Assembly: GCF_003918875.1 (NCBI RefSeq)
Contig: NW_025765359.1
Span: 682,001-746,000, forward strand
Source of the DNA: Haliotis rubra
Taxonomy: Eukaryota
DNA length: 64,000 nt
Reading direction: 5' to 3'
The translations under genes and the position numbers were made by a program. Shown here piece by piece: positions 15,801 through 27,800 of the stretch; positions within the stretch are counted from its first letter, which is position 1; each line of letters starts with the position of its first letter. The notes beneath the pieces were generated by a model. The model did not search any database and was not told the origin of the DNA. It saw nothing but the letters and a program-made list of their open reading frames with translations.

Positions 15801-18800
15801 ATTACTTTTACTACTAACCGTTTGTTACCTTGTCCTGGTTGTTTTAGCATGGTTTGTAGCACGAAGATGTCGCCCACAGTTACAGGTAAATACATCATAC
15901 CTGCTGAAATATTTGCATCTTCTAATTATGAAAATGAAGCAAACATTATATTGGACAAGACAAAAATTGAAATTTAGTGCTCATTCCAATGTTCGCATAT
16001 GTGCTTTTTTAAGTATTTTGTTATGATGATATTAAATTCATTCACATTTAAATATTACATTTCAGTATATTCTGAATATTTTTCTGTATCAGAAATGTCA
16101 ATTACGGAGGCCATAGCATGTTTTTGTTTGGTTAATATGTCATCAAATTTTTACAATTTAATCTTAATTTAATTTAAATAAAAACAGAATTTCTTTAATA
16201 CTGCCAACAGTAAAAATTGCTTTGACAGCAAATTGATAATGAGAATTTAGCTGTGACCAAGTTACTCTTGTGTTTAGGCTGACTGGCCCCAGCCCATGCC
16301 CGCCATTGGTCGGATCGCCAACTTCTCCTCACTCAGGAAACACCGACCCAAAGAGTACCAGATCTACGACAGCTACTTCGGTGAGAGACTGCAGATTCAC
16401 CACTTTCAAGAACAATTACATTCTTCCAATCCATATTTAAAAAGAAGACATTTTTGTGTTGAAAAATTCCATTCTTTTTCAAATGTTCATCATTGACATA
16501 CATCTTCCAATAAATACAAGAACATTCAGTTTCAATAGGATTTATATAAATATTAATTGATTTTCATTGTTATCTTACCTCAGATCGTAAGGAGGCTGTT
16601 CCAAGATTTGTGCGCCGCGCCCACGTAACGCTACAGTTCCTGAAGGACAGACTTGCAAGTTCGACTGCAAGATCATTGCAGCATCTCCACCAATCGTTAC
16701 TTGGTGAGACATTAATTTGTGTCATACTTCAATCTTCCAATCATTCATCTTCATGATTATATTATGATGAATAAATCGCATTTGTCTTTATCCATCAAGC
16801 TCCAATCCTAGCAAACTGCATCTATTAAATTAATGGAAAACGTTACGGTTATTGTTTATTCATTTAACTTTCTTCATGAACTAAACTAAGGGATGACGTG
16901 TTTGAGGTTAAAATATGCCTTTCTTTAGAGATATGACAAGGAGTTATCTCCCTTGAGGTTCTTTTGATTAGCCCAAAAGTATGGTCTTGTAACTTTAAAA
17001 TAAGGACGTGTTCAAGCATGGAGTCATCTCACAGAGTCATCTCACGTAGGTTGTGGAGTCATCATCCTTACCTTGTCAGCTTGCTGATAGGGTTCACTCT
17101 TTGGCTATGTGGATATTGTGTCCAACTTCAGACTTCGAATCAAAAGGACCTTGATTCGAATTCCATCAAGGGACTCAAAAAGTTTGTGGCTACTACACTG
17201 GCATTCAAATTGGGGCTCAAACCCAAGATCCTGAGATTGAGCTTATGCATCGCATCAATTTCTGGGTTGGATTGCCAGGCGCAATTCCATCCTTTACAAC
17301 CTTGCTCTGATGGAGTTGCAGTATTGCTATGTGTATAGTCCTTGTCTCGATGACACCCCAGGTACATGCTGACAAACATTATACTGTAGAAACTGTCTTC
17401 ACACCCTGACTTCCCATCTCCCCAGGTACAAGAACGACAGTCTGCTGACACAGAGCATCAAATACATGCAGAAATACATGGGCAACGAGTTCGAGCTGAA
17501 GATCTCCCGTGTCAAGATGGAGGATAAGGGAGAGATCCTTGTTCGGGCTGAGAACTCTTTTGGCAGGAAGGAAGAAAAGTGCAAACTTAACATTGAGCGT
17601 AAGATTCCTTACTATCCCAAAACAGTGATCAGGTTCTATGTGATTTTTAAACTTAACAGTTATGTCAGATACATTTGCTGATTAACAAATCTGTATCTGG
17701 GCATATGTTACAGCTGTATATGTCTTTAAATACATCCTAAACATGTAATTCTTTAATTTTGATTAATGACTTTTTTCCTTCAGCTGGACTGGATGCCTTC
17801 AGGCCTCCCAGCAGAGAGACAACTCCAATGCGAAGGTAAGACTTGGATTCATTTGCCTTATTTCTTTTTGGCAACAGTAAACTATAAATCATAAACCCTC
17901 ATTATGATATGTGCAAATATTCAACTGGTTTGAGAGCAATGGAGGAGCACAACGGTTATGCTGTGCCACCATAGAACTGAAGACAGGTTTAATTTCCTTT
18001 TCATGTCAAAAGTGTGCACTACAAGTTTACGAATTTGCTGAAAATGGTTAAAACATCGCAAACTCAATGATAAGATTTGTTTCCAAATCATTTTGACTTC
18101 ATAAAGTTTATCTTTGAATGTGAGGTAGCCCAGTGGTTATATTGTTTAGTCATTAAGCCAGAACATGGGTTTGATGCCGTACCTGGTTTACAATGTATGA
18201 CACCATTCCTTGTGTCTTCAACTATATTTGGATGCAGCCAAAACCTGCCTTCATAAATACTGATGATTTCTTAACTTCATGTTTCTATATGTATCTCTTG
18301 CCAGGAGGCGTGAATATGAGGACATCCAATTCGAGAAACCAAAGGAAGATGAACCACCAAACTTCAACTTTGACCTCCGACCTCGTACTATCCAGGCTGG
18401 TACAGAGTTCAAACTCATCTGCTGTGTCAAGGCTCATCCCCAACCAAAGGTGCATACCACGTTTCATCAGGATCAGATTTCTCTGACAGTGCAGTGCAAG
18501 TTTATGAAACAACACAAACATGCAAATTCATATAAGAATTAAAACAGTAAATTTTTCTAGATTCTGAGCCAACATGGTTTTGAAAGACAGTGTTTCAAAG
18601 ATTCAAGGTCAATTTCTATCAGAAGTTAATTTATGATCCTAATACTATTGATAATGGACATATATAATGTGCAAAATCAACTCCCTACATTTTTACACTG
18701 GTCAGTGGATAAGTGAACAACTGATTTTCATTCTCAACTTCCTAGGGAGTATACAACCCAAGCCCCCTTTGAGGAACTTGAACGTTAATGCTGAAATTAC

Positions 18801-21800
18801 TGTTTATTCCAACCGGATACCCTTTCCCTGCTGGTGGAACTGAGGCGTATTTTTAGTAAAGAAAATGCCTACAGAAACACAACATGTGCTACTTGTGCTT
18901 CACACAATGTTTCAAATTTGCCATATTAAAGTTGTAAAATAGTTGGAAGGTGTATTTCACATTTGATGGCAGTGTCTCATAGTTATTGTCCGATTAATTG
19001 AAATAATCAAAGATTGGTCACAGTGACTAAACGACCAAGCAATCGAACATGTTTTCTCATAATCGAACGCATCCAACCTTGGAACACTTGTTTGCATCAA
19101 CAATATTTTTCACAAGGTTGCTTTTGTCTGTGTCATTAAATTTACATGTCATAAGCACAACAAGCTCGTTCCAAGTCATGATTGAATTTATCTTAAAGAA
19201 TCCAGGAAATTTGTTTCCTAACATACTAATAATCCTTTAAATATGCAAAATTTGCAAATGGATTTTGTTTAAATTGCAAACACAACCCAAATTACTACAT
19301 GTTTTTTCTTTATTTTTTACAAAGACAACAGGAACATTTCATAAATGACGCTAACCAATTATTTTCGATGATTGATCGGTTGTAATGGACCAATCATCAA
19401 TTATGAGATTTTAACCAATTCCCAACACTAGTGTCTCAGTATGTTTGACAACACTTGTAGGTACAATGGTCGAAGGACGGCCGTGACCTGTCTGACGGTG
19501 ACCACTTCAACATTACCTACTCCCACGGCGTGTGTACTCTGGAGATCCAGAACGCCCGTGTCGAGGACACTGGCAGATACACATGTGTGGCCACCAACCC
19601 CCTGGGCGACCACGAGACCAACACCCGAGTCACAGTTGAAGGTGAGACAGAACCCAGTCTGATTGGTTGGTTTGTTGTTTAACGCTGCACTCAGCAATAT
19701 TCCAGCTATATGGCGGCGGTCTGTAAATAATCAAGTCTGGACCAGACAATCCACTGATCAACAACATGAGCATCAATCTACACAACTGGGATCACGATGA
19801 CGTGTGTTAACCAAGTCAGCGAGTCTGACCACCCGATCCCGTTAGTCGAGCATGGGTTACTGAAGACCAATTCTAAACCCACACCTACATGGGAAGAACC
19901 CAGTCTGATGATTGTCAAGCCTCTGACATTACTAGGCCTGTTCCACAAAGTGTTTGTAGTGCTACCTTGTCTTAATTATATTCTGATCTATCAGAGTTAT
20001 AATTGTCTCAGTGCTGCATTCACTTTGTGGAGGGGCGGTGAGGTAGCCTAGTGGTTAAAGCGTTCGCTCATCATGCTGAAGACCTGGGTTCAGTTCCTCA
20101 CATGGGTACAATGTCTGAAGCCAGTTGGTGTCCCCCGCCATGATATTGCTGAAATATCGGTAAAAGCAGCGTAAAACTAAACTCCTCATTGTGGAGGAGA
20201 TCCCTCTTCCATTCCTGAGCTGACCTAAGTGGAGGAGAAGCTTATGTTCACTTGCACCAGGTCATGTGTGTGATGCATATACGTACTTCAGTATAACATC
20301 CAGTAGACCAACAGTTTTGTCATGGAACTGCCAGTTATTACACTCACAAAAATCTCAGTTCAACTCTGACTTTCCAGACTTTGTACCAAAACCAAAACGT
20401 CAGCTCCATTTTGTGTATGGAAGAACCTTATTGTCTCACAGTAGTATCATCCACATGTGAATTGTACAGGAGTAATTATGTATCAAATCAGACACTCAGT
20501 ATGTTTGTACCTGTCCACAGACCGTGTCCATGCTGGGGTGAAGGACAGTGACAGCAGCTCCAAGAGAACTGTGTCCCGTATGGCTCGCCGGACCAAGTCG
20601 TGGCGTCAACATTGAGGAGTACGAAGAGTCCTCCTCCTTCTCCACATCTTCTTCCTCCTCGTCCTCCAAGACACGCCGCTTCCAGCGAGAGGAAGTCACA
20701 GAGTCCTCTTCTTCCTCCTCTTCCTCAAGGAGAAAAGAGGAAAAACGTAAGTTCCAAATTCGAATATTCAGAAAGTGATGGAATAAGATATTGATTTATC
20801 GTTTCTTCAAAAAGATAATGTAAAACATCCAAGCGATATCTCTTTGTATTTGAATGGATTGAATGCCTGAAGCCATTTCTTGTGTGCCATATTAATGTAC
20901 TATTGCTGAATGTTTGCTACACCACGCTCAATTACACCTTTTGTTTGTTAGAGAAGGAATCATATATGTAGGCAATGGTTAAGATGTACGAAATGACAGC
21001 CAGTAAAATTGTTCCTTGGAATTTACTCCAGTCTTTGAATCCAAGGCCAAACATTCAGAGCAATGTTTCATATCAGTGAATGTTGTTTCAGCTGTAGAGG
21101 TGGTGCCACAGTTTTCTGAAAACCTCTCCCCTGTGTCCTTGACCGAGGGAGAACGGCTAGCTCTACAGTGCACCGTGTCCGGCAAACCAGAACCCAATGT
21201 TGAGTGGTACTTTAACGGACAGGTGAGTTATCTCCTCTTAGATGATGTCAGAATCCATTCCATAGAGTATAAAGCCAGAACCCATCCCACAGAGTCTGAG
21301 GCCAGAATCTTTTCTATAGAATCTAAAGCCAGAATCCATCCCACAGAGTCTAAAGCCAGTACCTATTCCATAAGGTCTAAAATGAGTACCAGTTCTACAG
21401 ATTGATCTATTTGATGTCTATCCAAAAATATTCCTTGTCAACATGTTCTTGCTTGTTGAAGGCAACCACATATCAAGGTCTGGTTTACCAGCTCCAACTA
21501 GCTCCAAGCGAAGCTACATACAGCAAGCTCTCTGGTACTCAAGGTCACATATCCAATATTACATCAGTTTCATTTTTGTTGCAGATGATGAAATCGGACG
21601 ACGTAGTATCTCTAAGTTATAGCAATGGTGTGTGTAAATTAGTTATTTCGGACACAGTTATAGACGACGAAGGTACCTACGTATGTAAAGCTTCCAACCC
21701 TGCAGGTGTTGCATCCACCAGAACCAACGTTACCGTTAAAGGTAGGGGAGAGAACTCTTGTCGTGTATATGTGTCTATTACTGCAATTTAGCATGGAATG

Positions 21801-24800
21801 ACAGGCATATTGGGTGTCGAAATAATCATATGTATTAGTATATCTAATAGATTCTCAATTGACATAAGGATGTTACATATTCGTTTCCTTTTCATCATTT
21901 GGTCCTCGTGAACATTGTGATAAAAAGTTATAGTTTTGCCAGACCAGTTTATATAAATATCTGTTTAACATTCTTCATCAATGCTCAAAAAGACCAGTTT
22001 GACAAATACAAATCATGACCATTCAATGATTTGGGGAACACAGTTTTGAAATAAGATTTAAACTAAAATATAAAGAAGAATATATTTTAGATTTGAAACA
22101 AAATTAACATATTTCCTTATCAGTGGAAACTTTTGCAAAAGTTCAGTCATGCTGATGTGCAAAACAAGAAACTGTTTTGATTATATACAGTAAGGAATCA
22201 TGAATATTTGTGGTGATATTTCTATGAGTTTATCTTCTCTGCAAACATGGTATGGTTTTACATGACATCAGAAATTTTGAAACTCTTGTAATGACCCTCA
22301 CAGTGCCTGTCCTTCCTTCATGTATATGTACTGTAGATTGTGTTCTTGTATTAACATCATTATACAATGTACAATGTATAGTCTGTTTCACCATGTATAG
22401 TCACTTTTCACAAAGTATAGTCAGTTTCACAATGTATAGTTGTTTCATAGAACTAATCAGTAAGCATGCATGTTGTAAAACTAATTGTACAGTCGCTAAT
22501 TCATTGGAAAAAAGTGCACTTTTTCATGTAACATTTCACAATTTTCTACAAAAATAAATGCACTTTATTCCACCTGTTGTAGAGTAGAAATTATATTTAT
22601 ATTCTATGTTGTCAGTAGATATTAATTCTAAATTAGGGTAGCTTTATAACTCTTACTATTATGTAACAATGATTTTAGGAGCTATTTATTTATGCTCCCT
22701 GCAAAAGTGTATTCATCTAACCTTGACCTTTTGCTGACCTGGCCTTGACCCCATTGTGTTCCAGGCAAGGTCACTCCCAGCGCCCCCAAACCAGCGGCAG
22801 CTCCTGCTGAAACAGAAAGTAATGAACTTGCTTGAGTTGATTTTGCTTTTTGGATAAACTATTAAGATTATTTGTGTGACATGCTTGTTTGATTAGTAGG
22901 ATTTAGAAATATACAAATTCCTCTTTTTCAGATTCATCCATGTACATATTTTCATTATATTATTTACGTTGAATTGTACATATATTTTCCAATTTTATTT
23001 TTATGTAACATATAGATGTGTCTGTCTGTGATACTGTATGTGTTTTAACATTCCTTTGTAACCATGACAACAGTAAATAATCCTGAGTAGCCTAACTGAC
23101 CATTCATATATCGCTTTCAACGTCACCCTAATGACTATGTTTGCTACCAACCCTAACTGTACGATCAAGCCTTTTTGATGTTGTTGCCATGGCAACAGAA
23201 CCACAAAATATATAATAGTTTTGATTTACATTTTACTTTGCGCAACATAAACAAATCCTTTCTGAACATTGTGTATGACAGTGATAGTTTGGAATATAAA
23301 TTACAGCGGTATTTTGGTAATTGTTTCAGAACTGTTTTTGGATTTCTTTGTTTTCTTGTAATTTTGTTCCAGCTAATATCTGTGATTGATTAAAACTCTT
23401 TGGTGTCTTTGACAACTCATGTAACATCTGTGATGATTTATTTTTGGAGTTGTGTGAATGACAGAACTCAGAATGAAACTGAAATTCGATGTCATTAAAT
23501 TGAATGAAACCTTTTAAAGTCTTTTCTTGTGAACAAAATGCAATCTTGATGTTAATGTTTTGGACATTTGTGTGAATGGTGTGAACAAAATTGACATTTT
23601 TCATATTTTGATTGAATAATGAAATGATGATTGTGATGATGAAAAAAAATCATGTGGAAAATTGCAAGTTTGTGAATAAAATTGAAAACTTCATTTATCA
23701 TATTGTGATTGTGGTATGTGAGCTTACATGGCTCAGAATGAGGCCCTTCTAACATTCTCTGTTTTCTTACCCTTTTATGCTGAGTGACATTGACCTTGAC
23801 ATTGACCTTAAGGTTCAAGGACAACTGTCAGGAATGACATCAAACTGTGAAACTTCAACAGAATACAGTACTCATGGCCAAAATACAGGAAACATGAAAT
23901 TGTATAACCTTAATCCTGTTCTGATGCGGAACAAGATGGCTGTAGTGACAAAACTAAAATCAGTGTCATACACGATAATTGTCAAGAAGTTTAAAAAAAG
24001 ACACGATCATGGCATTTGGAAGTTTGATTATTCAAATTGGTACATTTGAAAATGTACAAGAAATTCAATTTTATTCATTTCAAAAACAAAATGGTTGTAC
24101 TACAAGTATGCTGACAACTGAACATTGCCTTTCGTCAGGCTTGTAGGAATGTACGGTTTAATGGTCTATAATCAGGATACTTAGAACCTGACGTCCTACT
24201 GATCACCAATATACAGGGAAGCTATGTTACCTTGATCTTCATCTACATATTTCATAAAACAGTAATTTGACATTAAAATAGGGCATTGCTCATATTGATC
24301 ACTGGATTGTCTGGTCCAGGCTTGATTAATAACAAGTCCTCATCATATATCTTGAATAAAGTGTAATGTTAAACAACTAAACAAACAAACAAGTCTAAAG
24401 TTCTTGGCCTTTTTGTGATCAACATGTGTCAATACTGAAAGGGGACAGTGTGGTAACCTACTGGTTTCTCGTTAGCTCCCTCCAAAGACCTGTGTTTGAT
24501 TCCCAATGTGTACAATACGTAACACCAATTTCTGGCATCCCTCATCTTGATACGGGGCAGTGGGGTAGCCTAGTGGTTAAAGCGTTGGCTCGTCACGGCG
24601 AAGGCCTGGGTTCGAATCCCCACATGGGTACAATGTGTGAAGCCCATTTCTGGTGTCCCCTGTCGTGATGTTGCTGGAATATTGCTAAAAGCGGCATAAA
24701 ACCAAAACTCAGTCAGTCAGTCATCTTGATACTGCTTGAACAGGCTAAATGCCCCAGTCTGAAGAAAACATCAACCAAGTGGACATATGAGAAGGTATTT

Positions 24801-27800
24801 TGCCTCAAATATAAAGTACAATAATTTGATCAGCTGAACAGCTAGCTATTCAGTGTCCGAAATATACACTAATAATGGTTTCTGAAATATGTTGATGGCT
24901 TAGTGACCATGAAATGAATTTAAGATGTCGTGCTGGTGTGTACCTGCTAGTATCAATGGTTACTCCAAAGATCTCAAGCTAACATGGCTTCTCTGTATCA
25001 ACTAATGCCACTCCAGTAGATAGTACTGCTAATATTGTGTTCTCTCCCCCAGGCCAGCCAGAGCCTGTAGAGCCCCTGCCACCAGCGGACACGCCCGCAC
25101 CTGAACCAGAAAGTAATAGCTATCACTAACATGTGTAGAACTGAACCAAAGTACTGTCCATCACTGTCAGTTAGATGTAATCAGAAAATGCATGAAGAAA
25201 AATTCCTGAAGTTATTTTTCAAAGAAAACTAATGAATAAGGGAAATTGCTCTACATTTTAGAATTTGTCAACTTCTGAAAATGATATAGCAGCACTTGTG
25301 ACTTTGTTAGTCCAGTAGATAGTGATTGAATCTTCCCTTAGGCCACCCCCAGAGGACACTCCCGCACCTGCTCCAGAAAGTAATAGCTATCACTAACATG
25401 TGTAGAACTTAAAGACTCATGTCAGTTAGATGAATCAGAAAATGCATGAAGAAAAATTCCTGAAGTTATTTTTCAAAGAAAACTAAAATGATATAGCCCT
25501 TCTATGATGAATCTTCTTAGGCTGGTTTTGCTATTGGAACTTATAGACTCTGTAATGAATAAGGGAAATTGCTTTACATTTTTAGAATTTGTCAACTTCT
25601 GAAGCATTTTAATTTGGCTGATTAACTGTAGAAAGATACAGCACTTGTGACTTTGTTAATCCAGTAGATAGTGATTCTGATCACATTCTTCCCTCAGGCC
25701 AGCCAGCCCCTGTCGAGTCCGTCCCCCCAGAGGACACTCCCGCACCTGCTCCAGAAAGTAATTAACATGTGTCTTTTGAAATACATCCATATGACCCCCT
25801 CAAACTTTCCTGTTCCAATCTTTTGATATGTAGTAAAACATAAAGTCTGTACTGATAATTGTTTCGTGAAAACTCAGGTCAACACAATTACTAAGCTTTG
25901 TATCCAAAGTTGATCACCTGTAGTACTTAAAACTAGTACTTGACTAACTATTCCAGTATTAACCAATCCCTGTTTTCCTTCCCAGCACCAGTTGCAGAAC
26001 CAGCGGTGCCTGAGACAGAACCAGAATCTCAGCCACAAAGTACTTAACACTGTTGTTCAAGATTTTCTTTTTTTCAACTCTCACTTGTCTTCTTCCTTTC
26101 CTCTGTTTTTCAAAGTACCAAATTCACTCAAACTTCTGAAAGAACTGTCTATTTTCATTTGATTTTCATGTTCTTATTAAATGACATAAAACAAGTGACC
26201 CATGCAAAATAGTTTCTCGTCTTCACTGACCAACATATTGAAGCCAGCCCATAGATACAGAAAAAGTCAATATTTACCTGTCTTTTTGATGGAACAATCA
26301 AAGCACTGTGAAGAAAAGATTTCAATTCTTTCAATCGCTTTGGCCAATATATTTTAATCTGCTCATAACATGAGCAATTTGCAAAATTTTAAATGCTTAC
26401 TCTGTTTGACTTGAAAATGAAATGCATTAGATCTTTTAGATCTTCAGAGACTGCTTTCCTGAAAACTATTTCACACCACTATGTTGAATTGTCACATCAA
26501 GCAGGGATGCTCAAAAAGAATTAAAGAGTATGAGTATCTATCGGTGATTCCTATGTAGTATGAAGACACTGACAACACTCTGTTTCCATCAGCTAATACC
26601 ATTCTGCTTCTGTCAGATCCACCGACAGAAGAATCTCCTAGTTCCCCTCCCGGAACCAGAGACTCCTGTACAATGTAAATATACTAACACTCTATCCTAA
26701 TCCATGGATAACTTTAACACTTACTTATACATAACTCTTAAGCTTACTAAACTCTAAAGTATATTTTTCACATTAACAATGATTAATATTGACATGAACA
26801 TATTGAATGTTTTCATTACATGATAATATTTGACATTATTAGAGGACACTGTAATTCAGTGACTGAGATACTGTGAAATTAAAATGTGACTTTGTTCATT
26901 CATTCTTGGACTAAATTTCGCGGAGAATGGTATATTGAGCTGTTCTGAATGGAAGCAATATACCATACCATAGGCTTTAGTCGACTCTAAAAATGTCAAA
27001 TATTGTGTGATCATTTTCAGAGATGTAAGATTTATTACAAATTAATAAAGATTTATGAACAAATTATATATTTCTGCAAAAAGTTGCAGACCTTAGAAGT
27101 GTAATAATGCTTTCCAATTTCCTGAATTGTCTCCTGTGTGTCAAGCAGTTGTCTCCCCTGTCTGGGAGTTGTCTCCCATGTGTCCAGCAGTTGTCCCCCC
27201 TGTGTCTGTGCTGGTATTCCTAGCTTATTCCTCCTCTTCCTCCCAGCTGAAGAGAGTGCACCTGCACCTGCACCTGCCCCCGCCCCAGAGGCTGAGGCTC
27301 CCGCCCCCACCCCAGAGGCCGAGGCCACACAACCTACAGGGGGAGAAGAAAGTAATGGACAGTGTTGATTGGCGTGTTTGGTTCACACTGTTTCTTTCAT
27401 TCTTCTTAGGAAGTTTTGTTTCTTTACCTCTCTCCACTTCTCCAGGCATATTTCACTTTGAATATTTTGGTTACCCAAAATATATGATTGAATAAGATCC
27501 TACACATTTCTCAAGAAGGTGATTATCCCAGAAATATGATAGGCTAAGCAGGGCTCCAGATAATTTTTCAACATCAGGAGCACGTACTCCTTATATTTTC
27601 AATGCAGGAGTACTGGAAAAACATAAGAGTACATTCAGAGTACTGAATGGAATTTAATGGCGTATCAGTAATCTTGTGTTTCATTTCATATACGCACCAC
27701 AACATTGCTACTCTTGTGTAAACAGGTCAATAAACAATAACACAGTACTTTTTCAGATAAATACGTCTGTAAATGATTCTAAGACCGTACACCATTGCAG

